The notes beneath the pieces were generated by a model, which was not told the origin of the DNA, made no database searches, and worked only from the letters and a program-made list of their open reading frames with translations. DNA of 64,000 nucleotides from Eledone cirrhosa (Eukaryota), in contig OZ024740.1 in the NCBI GenBank assembly GCA_964016885.1, forward strand, positions 316,262,001 to 316,326,000, written 5' to 3'. The position numbers were made by a program, and so were the translations under genes. Shown in pieces: positions 24,463 to 35,453 of the stretch (its first letter is position 1; every line of letters begins with the position of its first letter).

Positions 24463-27400
24463 TCATCATCATCATCATCATCATTTTACGTCCGCTTTTC
24501 CCTGCTTGCAAGGGTGGGACGGGTCTTATTCAGCACAGCATCTCTCCACTCGTCACGGTCCCTCGTCATCTCCACCGTGAGCTTCAATGATCTGAGGTCT
24601 GTTCTCACCACCTCCGCCCATGTTTTTCGTGGTCTACCTCTACCTGGCACTTCTTCACCCATCGGTCATCCTCCATGCGCATCACATGTCCATACCACCT
24701 CAGTCTCCTCTCCCGTACACTACACTCCATCCCTCTCAGACACAGTTTCTCTCTCAACACATTTATGCTGGGTCGTTCACGCACATTTACACTGCACATC
24801 CAACGGAGCATGCTTGCCTCGTTTCTCTCCAGCCGTCGCATATCCTCTGCGGTTGCTGCCCATGTCTCACTACTATGCAGCATCGCGCTCCTCACACAGG
24901 CATCATACAACCGGCCTTTCGTACGCAGGGAGAAACCCTTCTTCGTCAACAGAGGAAGCAGCTCCCTAAACTTCTTCCAACCCGTCCTTATTCTAGATAC
25001 TATGGCCTCGGAACACCCTCCTCCCATGCTAATCTGATCTCCTAGGTACCGGAAGCTATCCACCACTTCTATAGCGCCCTCTCGCATTTGAAAAATGTGT
25101 CTATCAGTGCGACTTCTACTGTCTAATTTCCCTGTACATCTACTGCATACATATTTCTCCCTACCTGTTAGTTTGCCTGCTATCCCGCTACATCTCTTGT
25201 GTACCCAGGACCTGCATTGTGTGCATTTTATAGAATTTATGCCAGTTCCTTTTCTGCATATCGAACATGGCCATTTCCCTGACGGAATCAGGGTTTTGTC
25301 CTCTTTTCTACTCATCAACACTTTTGTCTTAGCTAGATTTACTCTCAGTCCTCTTGCTTCCAACTGCTGTTTCCATAGCCGGAATTTATTCTCTAGCTCC
25401 TCTACTGATTCTGCCATAAGAGCCAGATCGTCAGCATAGAGAAGTTCCCATGGACAGCCAGTCTTAAACTCCTCTGTTATGGCTTGGAGTACTATAATGA
25501 ACAAGAGCAGGCTGAGGACCGAACCCTGATGTACTCCTACTTGTATCTGGAATTCCTCACTAAACTCCATTCCTACCCTGACTTTACTGAGAGTACCTCT
25601 GTACAAAGTTTGCACTGTCCTCACAAGCCATTCCTCAACACCTAGCTTCCTTAGGGACCACCAGATGACAGATCGGGGTACCCTATCAAAGGCCTTCTCT
25701 AGGTCAACAAAGGCTAAGTATAGTGGCTTATTCTTCTCTAAGAACCTCTCTTGCATTTGTCTCACCAAGAAGAGGGCATCTGTTGTACTCTTCCCAGGCA
25801 CAAAACCAAACTGCATCTCATCTAGTTTGACCCTTTCTCTAATTAGTTGTGCTAAAATCCTTTCTGCCACTTTCATAACCTGATCTATCAGTTTTATACC
25901 CCTATAATTGCTCCTCTCCAAAGCATCCCCTTTACCTTTGTAGCAATTTATGAGAATACTGCTGCACCAGTCTTTGGGTATGACACCACCATATATAGCC
26001 TGATTGATGATGCGTGCAACCAGTTTAGTGCCTACGTCCCTTGATGCCTTCAGCATCTCAGCAACTATTCCCGATGGTCCGGCCGCCTTACCATTTTTCA
26101 TTTCCCTAATCGCCTCTTGGACCCTATATTCGTCAATCTCAATAGCTGGTCCCTCTGTCGGATCTACCAAGGGTAATTTCTCTCTCTCCCATTCGTTCTC
26201 CACATTCATCAGTCTCTCATAATGACATTTCCAGGCCTCCTTTTTCTGGTCATTCGTGACACTAAGTACACCAGCATCATCCCGGACACATTTATCTCCA
26301 ACAACATCCTGATTTGCATTGACACACTGCCTTGCAATGTGGAACACCGCACGCCTCTGATTTTCCCGTCGCAGAACATTGGCAAACCTCCTACTCTCTG
26401 CCTCCCTGCGTGCTAAGTACACCTGACGTCTAGCTTCTCTCTTAGTGGCTGTATATTCTTCCCTACTCCCACCCTTTTTCCAAGCCTTCCATGCTAGTCT
26501 TTTGTCTCTAATAGCCTTATCTACTGTGCTGTTCCACCACCAGGTCACTCTCTGTCTGGTTGGAGCTCTGCTCCAGCCACAAGTTTCATCAGTAGCCTGC
26601 AGTAAGTTGTCACGTAAGAACTTCCAGTTATTATCTATGTCATACGTCTCTAAATCGTCTTCTTTTTCGTCATATACATCTTGAAGGGCTTTCCTAAATT
26701 TGTATTTTAGTGAAAGGTCTTTTAGCTTCCAGACCTTTCTTCTCCACACCTTCCTATATGTCTCATTCCATCTCTTGCTTACTGAGATATCACTAACTAA
26801 CCTATGCTGTGGGGTACATTCTTCCCCAGGGTATGCCTTGGTATTAGACACTATCTGCCTGTCCCGCTGCCTAACTAGCAGGAAGTCAATCTGGCTTATG
26901 TGCTCACCAGATTTGTAGGTTATTAGGTGATTGGCAGGTTTCTGGAAGTTTGTGTTGCAAATAGTCAATGTACTCGCATCACAAAATTCAAGAAGTCTCA
27001 CTCCTTCATTTCTTGAACCGTAACCGTAACCGTGCCCACCATGTACCCCAGTGTAACCATCCTGGAGCTGTCCAACATGACCATTGAAGTCTCCTGCTAG
27101 CATAACGATGTCTCCGTCCTCTGTCATTGTAGTTGTTTGCAAAAGTTGCTCATAAAAGCAGTCTTTCTCATCTTTGCCTAGGCCTGCTTGGGGAACATAG
27201 ACCGAGATGATTATCAGTAGTCTCCTACCTACAACTAATCTAAGCTTAATTATTCGATTACTAACTCGAACTACCTCTATTGTCTTATTGATCCATTTCT
27301 CAGCCAGGAAAATGCCTATTCCCCCTAACCCATCATCCTTACCTACCCAGAATAGCTTATAGCTAAGACGCTTGCCTACGACTAGTCTCGCAGAGGCACC

Positions 27401-27730
27401 TCTCCATCTCACCTCTTGCACGCAGCACACATCCACCTGCCTTCTCTCCAGCATCTCCGCTATTTCAGCAGATCTACCTCTGAGAGTGCCAACATTAAGT
27501 GTTGCAACTCTGAGATGCGACGTCTTCATATTTTTTGTTGTTGTTCCTATGCTGTTTTGTTGCTGTGCTGATAAGCTTTTTGGCATTGATACACTGGTTG
27601 GATGCCCTTCCTAACACCAGCGCCACTTTACAGCATGGACTGGGTGCTTTTATTTGTGCCACCAGCACTAGAGAGGATGTCTTACTAGACTCAAGGGCCC
27701 TCTCTACCCCTCCATTTTACAGCATGGTCA
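24463..27730 (-). mobile_element. Near-full-length RTE LINE, family A copy 1
   Basis: 5'UTR with GGTGTTAGGAAGGGCATCC, APE+RT ORF, tail CCCTTGCAAGCAGGGAAAAGCGGACGTAAAA(TGA)n. Confidence 0.95.
24605..27529 (-). CDS. RTE ORF: APE endonuclease + reverse transcriptase + PHD-like finger; C-terminus frameshifted
   Basis: TLNVGTL, VQEVRW, AGDFNGH, SQIDF, QHRLV; FVDLEKAFD, GVHQGSVLS, LYADD; likely ATG at 27529 (shared with copy 2); 25-bp deletion at 24643/24644. Confidence 0.9.
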   Translation of the reverse strand: MKTSHLRVATLNVGTLRGRSAEIAEMLERRQVDVCCVQEVRWRGASARLVVGKRLSYKLFWVGKDDGLGGIGIFLAEKWINKTIEVVRVSNRIIKLRLVVGRRLLIIISVYVPQAGLGKDEKDCFYEQLLQTTTMTEDGDIVMLAGDFNGHVGQLQDGYTGVHGGHGYGYGSRNEGVRLLEFCDASTLTICNTNFQKPANHLITYKSGEHISQIDFLLVRQRDRQIVSNTKAYPGEECTPQHRLVSDISVSKRWNETYRKVWRRKVWKLKDLSLKYKFRKALQDVYDEKEDDLETYDIDNNWKFLRDNLLQATDETCGWSRAPTRQRVTWWWNSTVDKAIRDKRLAWKAWKKGGSREEYTATKREARRQVYLARREAESRRFANVLRRENQRRAVFHIARQCVNANQDVVGDKCVRDDAGVLSVTNDQKKEAWKCHYERLMNVENEWEREKLPLVDPTEGPAIEIDEYRVQEAIREMKNGKAAGPSGIVAEMLKASRDVGTKLVARIINQAIYGGVIPKDWCSSILINCYKGKGDALERSNYRGIKLIDQVMKVAERILAQLIRERVKLDEMQFGFVPGKSTTDALFLVRQMQERFLEKNKPLYLAFVDLEKAFDRVPRSVIWWSLRKLGVEEWLVRTVQTLYRGTLSKVRVGMEFSEEFQIQVGVHQGSVLSLLLFIIVLQAITEEFKTGCPWELLYADDLALMAESVEELENKFRLWKQQLEARGLRVNLAKTKVLMSRKEDKTLIPSGKWPCSICRKGTGINSIKCTQCRSWVHKRCSGIAGKLTGREKYVCSRCTGKLDSRSRTDRHIFQMREGAIEVVDSFRYLGDQISMGGGCSEAIVSRIRTGWKKFRELLPLLTKKGFSLRTKGRLYDACVRSAMLHSSETWAATAEDMRRLERNEASMLRWMCSVNVRERPSINVLREKLCLRGMECSVRERRLRWYGHVMRMEDDRWVKKCQVEVDHEKHGRRW

Positions 27731-28089
27731 TAAAAAAAAAAACTTATTGACACGACGCACACACAAACACTCACACCAATACTCATGCCTACAAACCACA
27801 ACCACACATACCAACACTCATTCATGCATACGATCACACACACCACTCACAAACACATATATATACATATATTACCAACAGTACTGATACAAAATCAAAA
27901 TCGTCAAAGTCAAAATCACTATCATGTCAACTGTTGACCTTTCCCAGTCCAGTTCAGCTTGTATATAATAATTGTTTCTACTTTAGGCACAAGACCAGCA
28001 ATTACCCAGTGTATTACTGGTACTTTATTTTATCGACCCCATAAGGATGAAAGGCAAAGTCATAATAATAACAATAATAATTGTTTGCT

Positions 28090-28335
28090 TTACGCTGGTA
28101 ATGGCGGTGGTGGATGGTGTCAGTGTGGTGATGGTGGATGGTATCAGCGTGGTGGTGGTGGATGGTCATTGATGGTGGTGGCAGTTGTTGGTGCTGTAGT
28201 TGTTGTCGTTGTTGCTGTTGTTGTTGTCCTTCATTTCACTGCTGCTGTTGCTGCAGACGATGGTGTTGTTGCTGTTGTTGTTGTTGTTGTTGTTGTTGGT
28301 GGTGTTGCTGCTGTTGTTGTAGTTGTTGCTGTGTT
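28090..28335. repeat. (GGT)/(GTT)n low-complexity tract
   Basis: Direct reading. Confidence 0.9.
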
Positions 28336-28627
28336 GAAATTTGGTCGTATCCACTGAGATATACCTATACACACACATACACATATGTATATACACATAC
28401 ATACATCAAAAGAGAGTCAGCAGTATGTCAACAGGGGACAGGACAGCGACCTTAGAGTAATGTGGTGATGGTGGGGAGCGAGTGTAGGTGTTATTGTTAT
28501 TGTGGTGACGGGGGGGGGGGGGGGGGTCAGTGAGATGTACAAGTTCATAGATCACTTTTCTCTTTTCCTCTCTCTTCAAAATTTTGAATTTATGGCCTTT
28601 TGCAATGGTGGACAAGTATATATAATA

Positions 28628-29190
28628 TAAAGTGCAGGGCAATAAAGATAGACGGTAGCCACGGAATAGGCAGACCCAGAAAAACCTGGGACGAGCTGAT
28701 AAACTCCGACCTCACACACTTACACCTCACCAAGACAATGTCACTGGACCGAGACCTTTGGCGGTACTCAGTAATAGAGAAGACCCGCCTAACCTAAATA
28801 CAAAGTAAAACCTACTACAGTCAGTAGGCATCTCTAACAAAATACACCCCCGTCCCACCACCCCCACCCTATCCACACCGCCCCCTTCTATGTAAAGTTA
28901 TGTTGGTGCCACACCATCCAGGCCGAAACAAATGAGATCGTGTAGGTGTCACGACAAAAAAACACACAGTCCACGCTGTAATGTGGCCGTGTAGGCAACA
29001 CGGTAAAAACCTCCCAGACCCACACTGTAAATGTGGTTGGTGTTAGGAAGGGCATCCAACTGTAGAAAACCTGCCAGACAGTCCTATGCGAGCAAGACAA
29101 TCACTCTTGCCTCAAGTGGGAAAACCCCCGTCCAAACCCATGCAAGCGTGGAACACGGACGTTAAACGTTGATGATGATGATGATGATGA
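28628..29190 (+). mobile_element. 5'-truncated RTE family B
   Basis: KCRAIKIDGSHGIGRPRKTW...EKTRLT*, 3'UTR, (GAT)n. Confidence 0.9.
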
Positions 29191-29229
29191 TATATATGAA
29201 GCAAAGAAAAGAAAATTTTCACTGATATG

Positions 29230-29541
29230 AAAGATTTCCTGGTAGAAGTTCAGGTGTATTCAGTGATTGGTATCCAGTTTCGGGGTATCCAATTAGAAAA
29301 TCCAACGAATCTTTAAGAGGGGTCCACGCAAGCATTGATATATATATATGTATATATGTAAAATGCAAGCAGAAATAACAACGAAAGATTTCCTGGTAGA
29401 AGTTCAGGTGTATTCAGTGTTGGTATCCAGTTTCGGGGTATCCAATTAGAAAATCCAACGAATTTTTGAGAGGGGTCCACGCAAGCATATATATAGATAT
29501 ATATATATGTATATATGTAAAATGTAAGCAGAAATAACAAC
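29230..29541. repeat. ~154-bp direct tandem duplication
   Basis: AAAGATTTCCTGGTAGAAGTTCAGG...GCAGAAATAACAAC occurs twice. Confidence 0.9.
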
Positions 29542-30244
29542 ACATATACTAATGAACATACATTAAACACAGAGGGACTGTAAATGATAATAGCAATATC
29601 TAGATATAAATATATAAATGTACATATCTCTATTGGTCTCATACATTTTTCTCTTTCCTCTTGTGTGTGTGTAGCAACACGTGGTTGTGTGTTGCTGCTG
29701 ACTCTAGCAGAGCCCAAGAAAACACGTCTTGCCCTAACAGCCGCTGCTCCCTATATAAACCAGAAATAAGTATTAATCCAGTGGACTGCAACAGTTTGAA
29801 AGAAATCCACACATGGCTAGAATTACAATACTTTAAATTATCTAAAACATCTATCAAAAGTGTAAGTTTTGATGAAAAATGTTTTGTATAAGAGTTGTTT
29901 TACATCCCAACACTGCTTAATATGCATGTGTATGATAGAGTTACGGCCCTTTACGATCTGTCTCATCAGGATAGTGCTTCCCTGCTCTGCTGATATATAC
30001 ATCAATAAAGGACTTTAACATCTGAAACTACTTTGCATTTTCTTCTTCTATTTATATATCACAGGTTTCTGCAATTTTAATTTACCAAATTCCACCCACT
30101 GGGCATTAACTAGCTCGAGACTAACATAGAAAATATCCTAAGTGCCAAGCAGTAGGATTGAACCTAGAAGCTGTTGGTTACATGGCAGACATCTTAACCA
30201 CATAGCTATGACTGAAGAGATTTGTATTATAAATACAATGACAT

Positions 30245-30250
30245 TTTATT
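30245..30250 (-). promoter_or_regulatory. Candidate poly(A) signal of PRELID3
   Basis: AATAAA on the minus strand ~1.07 kb after the stop, at the end of a TE-free stretch. Confidence 0.4.
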
Positions 30251-31315
30251 GTATTAGTCAGAAAATATGATTGGAAGCTCCATTCTTTACCTTTAAAAAT
30301 GTAGCTTCCTCAAATAAGCTTTGCCCCTAATTTTCTTTTAATCAATATCCTAGATCACTTTCATGTCCAGGCTTTACTGAGTGAGAATCCATAGTGTTTT
30401 CTGAGCCCATAAAATAGGGGATAAATATAACTATATATTACTTGTTGAGTTTGAATTCTTGCAGGTCAATGATTTAACAAAAAATACAATAAGAAATGAG
30501 TTCCAGTAAGATGTAATCTTTGAAAAAAAAATAATAAAAAGATTTAACAAATACTTACAAAGGAATGCAAATTATGAAACAAGAAATCGATTCATTAGTG
30601 AATGTATTTCAAACTTGTATGGAGTTAGAAAAATCAGTGGAGGAGAAGTTGTTACACAAAGTAAGGTACTCAATAGATTAGTAGAGTGTAAACATCAAAT
30701 TTGATATAGAAATGACTTCTACAGGACTAGAACTGTTTCATTTGATTTCTATATTAAATTTGATACAGTGTGTGCGTGTGTATGCCTTATATAGAGTCAG
30801 CAACAGCTCCAATGATAAAATATTTTAGCAGTGTTAACAACGAAAAGCATAGAAATAAATAAGAGACACCCAACACTGAAAAAAAAAACAATTGAATATG
30901 TAGTGTAAGGGTCTGAGAAAGCTTTAACATCTGCTATGGTGGAGTACCTGAAAGGCTTTAAATTAAAATTGTATGATAAAATTAAATACTGTTAGACATT
31001 TAGTCCAATAAGACATTTTTTCTACATCCCCAACCATAAATTTAAGGATATTGAAAAACAAAAACAAAATTTCTGAGTTTATTTTAACTTGTTTTTCCAT
31101 GTCATGTAGTAAGAAAAAAAAATGATGTTGTTCATGAGGCTTCTTACTATAGTTGTAATTGTTTGTATGCTAGCTACCAACTTCTCACAAGAAGAGTGCT
31201 ACAGTTTCGAACTGACTGTCCATCTACACTGTTATGTATAACAAACAGGGTATGGTATCTTCTAAAAGGAGGCAGGCAGGTAGGAGATGATATTATAACC
31301 TAAGTTTAGTCTTCG

Positions 31316-31441
31316 TCATAATGATGTTGCTGTAGAATGGTTTGTAGGTAATACGGAATCCATACATTTTTTAGCTTCTTCTGTTAAATCTTTAGCTTCT
31401 CCTTTCAGTTTACCAATTACCCATTCCATTGCTTGCCGACC
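31316..31441 (-). CDS. PRELID3B: PRELID3/slowmo last coding exon (GRQAMEWVIGKLKGEAKDLTEEAKKCMDSVLPTNHSTATSL*)
   Basis: ttttacAG acceptor, GRxAMEWVI motif, TGA at 31318-31316. Confidence 0.93.
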   Translation of the reverse strand, partial: GRQAMEWVIGKLKGEAKDLTEEAKKCMDSVLPTNHSTATSL

Positions 31442-31593
31442 CTGTAAAAATAAAGACAATGAAAAACTTGTTTAGTTGAGGATCATAAACTATCTTCAAA
31501 ACAAAGAAGATATGTAGCTGATCTCTTGGACTTTTCAGCACTGAGAATATGAAGAATGATGTGCTCATGTGCAGAGATGCTATAAAATAAATA

Positions 31594-31790
31594 TGAGGAT
31601 GGGCTGAAAAGTTCATAGGTTGTTGATAAAGGAGTAATGCTAGAGCTGTGAAATCTTGCATGCATTAATTTCAACTCTTCTTCATAATAACTGCATCGTT
31701 TCTTTCCAGGGACTATCTTGAAAAATAAATCTCATTTCGTTATTCCATAAGAGTATCTTGGTCAGCCTATGAACTTTTCATTGACCCTTG
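31594..31790. mobile_element. Mariner-like MITE, copy 2
   Basis: TA-flanked; same TIRs and body as 1972-2166. Confidence 0.85.
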
Positions 31791-33039
31791 TAGCTTATAG
31801 AATAGGATGAAAACCCTTAAAAGAGAAAAAAAGAAGTTGCCAGTGGCTGCTATGAAGAATTGAACCCCATATCTCCCAGATACTAGTCTTCACCCTATTT
31901 TATAAGTTACTTTATAGCATCTCTGCTCATGAGCATATCTTTATATTATCTTCAAAACATCTAAAGATACTAGATTTAATAACTGCTGCATATGACTAAA
32001 TTATGGCCTCTAAATGACTGCTCTACCTGTTAAATACAGCAAGCAAACTTTTCCTTTAATAAATCTTAAATGCAAGGACTACTATATTCAGGTACTAAAT
32101 GAATATAGTATAGTGAGAGACTAAGAGTTAGAACTCATCATCATTTAATGCCTGTCTTCACTGCTAGCGAGGGATTGATGGTTCATCACTGACCGAGTCA
32201 AGCAGACCCACTGACCTCTTAGATGGGATGGGGGTCTTTGTGTTGCTTATTATATACATTACAGCACTCTACCGAGTGCATTTTATCACAGCAACAGAAC
32301 TAGAAATAACGAAGAAACTATAATTATATATGGTTGCCAGCTGGTGGGAAAAACAAAAAGGTAGGCCAAAAAAAATGGAAATCCACCCTTAAAGATGACC
32401 TGTGCAGGTGTGGCATAAACTGGTTTCAAGCACCAGTCCTTGCAAGAGACAGAGAGAGAGATGGAAAAATATAGTTGCCATGAGGCTGGAGAAACCAGAT
32501 TACCAGATATATATATATAGGGTGTCCAGAAAAAATGTATACACACTTTGATTACCTGTACAGGCAATATTTATTAGTGCTGTTGAAGTGAGTATATATA
32601 TATCTCAGTATATATATCAGTATATAGTGGTGGTTTTTTATCCCCTATAATTAAACACATACCTTTATGTGTCTTCCTCTCTATATACTGATTTATAAAG
32701 AGCCCAGAATATATTCCTTGCGCTCATTAAATTATAAGAGATTAACGTGAGGTTTTAACTCCGTTTTTTAATTTTATATATATATATTATCGTAGGGTGG
32801 TTTATTTGTTGAAACAATTACTTTGTAGAGCTGGATACCCTTCTTATTTTAAACCACTCAATTATGAAGTAAGAATGGAGCTAACTGTGTGTTCATTCAG
32901 GCAAACTAAGCAGAGTTAGATACCTTGTTAAGGTGAATAACATGATAAATATTAATTCATTCAAACAATCAAGATCTACTCATGTTAGAGTATTGCTGTC
33001 TAAAAAAATGTATAAACCTCTTCATGAATTAATGTACTA

Positions 33040-33336
<297 letters not shown>

Positions 33337-33337
33337 T

Positions 33338-33532
33338 CAACTCATTCGTTACCATATTTCTAATGAAAGTCACTGCTGTTGAAAATAATCGAGAATTTGG
33401 AGGAATTTAGTAATATAAAGGTTTTACATAAAATTATGATGAAAGGTTTTAATATGCGTATGAACATTTTAAAAGGAGTAGTTTTGTATCATAAAACCAC
33501 ACGTTGTTTCAGGTGAGTTGATATTAAAAGGG
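33338..33532. mobile_element. Second TTAA-type MITE family (degenerate)
   Basis: Ends AAAAGGG|TTAA; related pieces near 13614, 21287, 22850, 36355. Confidence 0.5.
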
Positions 33533-33639
33533 TTAAGTGACGTATTCTTAAATCCTATTCAAACACCCTATATATATATATATATATATATATAGATAAT
33601 CATCGTTTTACGTTCATTTTTAAAACGTTGATGATATAT

Positions 33640-33830
33640 ATCATCATCATCATCGTTTAACATCCATCTTCCATGATAGCATGGGTTAGACAGGTTTGTC
33701 CCATTTAGAGGCAAGTTGGGTTTCTACAGCTGGATACCCTTCCTAACGCCAACCACATTTACAGTGTGTGCTGGGCGCTTTTTGTTGTGATACCTACACG
33801 ACCATTTACAGAGTGGGCTGGATGTTTGTG
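33640..33830 (-). mobile_element. Short RTE-tailed element containing 48-bp-type units
   Basis: GTTGGCGTTAGGAAGGGTATCCAGC and AACCCATGCTATCATGGAAGATGGATGTTAAAC(GAT)n. Confidence 0.8.
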
Positions 33831-33833
33831 AAG

Positions 33834-33868
33834 AAAAATATGGAACATTTCGTAAATTTGCGTGTCAT
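33834..33868 (-). pseudogene. RNU6: U6 snRNA 3'-end fragment
   Basis: ATGACACGCAAATTTACGAAATGTTCCATATTTTT versus U6 ATGACACGCAAATTCGTGAAGCGTTCCATATTTTT: 30/35 identical, all differences transitions. Confidence 0.85.
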
Positions 33869-35382
33869 ATATACACACACACACACACACAAATACCCAT
33901 CCTTTAATTATGTTTGAGCAACTCAACCAGATAAGTATGATCAGAAAATTACCAAGAAACTAGTGTAGACATAAACATACAACGATAAGGTTAACAAGAG
34001 GGAAAAATTCCTGCTAGTCTATATTTACCCCTTTAACAAATATGGATATATAATAATTAAAATAAGTTCAGTTAAACTGGAGAAATAAATGTAAATACAG
34101 CTGATGAATAACAATTCTATTTACTGTAATAAACTATACTAATGGCTACATGATGATGACAATATATGCTATAGATAATTTATAATAACTTGGTGCTCAC
34201 CAACTCGTCAAATGATATGAACAGAATAGCACAAGTAAAGTCTGCTGTGAACTTATTAGATAAGATGTGGAAACCTTATATAACCACAAAAATAAAAATT
34301 TAGATTATTCAAAGCCACAGTGGAATCAATTTTACTTTATTCCTGTGAATCATTGTCAGTGACAATACCTATCACCAAAGCTTTAGATGGTTGCTACACA
34401 TGAATGTTAAGGATGAAAAAAAAACATCAAAACTCTTCACCATATTACAAACAAAATTCTCAGTGTTAGTGAATGACTTGTTTTTTTATTGACAAAATTA
34501 AAGGTACTCTAAACAATTACAGCTTAAAGAGACTAACAGTAACAGTCAGGCAGAAAGACAAAAGGAAATGGGAAGTAGTTTAAAGCCAAACACTGCAATT
34601 ATGATCACTTAATTTTATACTAACAAAAGAAATATTCCATTGCTACTTTGAATAATTTCAAGTCATTCTGAGACTAATTCATATTTTGTATAGAAAATCT
34701 GAAAGACACCTCACTTTATAAGGAAATCTGTCAAAATACTGACTTAAAATGAGTAATTAAGTATTACTGTTATAAATTATCATTAACTAATAATACAAAA
34801 GCAGCAAATACTGTAAAATATAATCCCTTATGATATCTAGTTTTGTCTTATGTTCTGAAGTCTAACTTCCATATATCCCAAACTGGTCACAGCAAAATAT
34901 TTAGATTGATTCAATAGCCTGTACTCCTACAAAATGTATATTTTGTGGTCAATCTAAAGAAATCAAGATTTACTGGTATACTCCTGACATAAAAATATAG
35001 ACAAATCTCCTTTATAATTATATAACTTTTGGCAAGGTTCAGACTATTTAACTCACATTGTTAAAACTGTAGGAGTAATGATGAAGTTTAGTAATTCTAT
35101 CCAGAGTGAAACATGTCTTTCATCAACCCAATGAGTCTAGAACAAAAACAATATTTTATGGGACTGACCTACCATATATACTTTTATCACTGTTACTCCA
35201 GAACAGAATATTGAATGGACATTTTACTAAATGATGTTTTAAACAGAAAACTGTTTTACTATGTGATGTCTTCAACAGCTGGTTGAATCAAAAGTATTGA
35301 CCAAATGTGATGGGTCATACTTATAATCAAGATTATTTTCACAAAATTCAAATAAAATTTCAATGTGATATCAACAACTTAC

Positions 35383-35453
35383 CTAGATTTATCTTTAGGA
35401 TCTGGACAATATGTTAAGTTTTCATCAATCGATACAATGTTACAGAATGTTAA
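35383..35453 (-). CDS. PRELID3B: PRELID3 exon (LTFCNIVSIDENLTYCPDPKDKS)
   Basis: ttttcAG / GTAAGT, 71 nt, phase 0 to 2. Confidence 0.95.

Noticed and set aside
24400-27614. Plus-strand ORFs over the RTE, and similar antisense ORFs over CR1 and Tx1
   Set aside because: Shadow frames of LINE coding sequence with no independent motifs.
34845-34875. Look-alike of PRELID3 exon 1 (TSEH)
   Set aside because: It lies downstream of exon 4 and lacks the MKIW start; the real exon 1 was not located.
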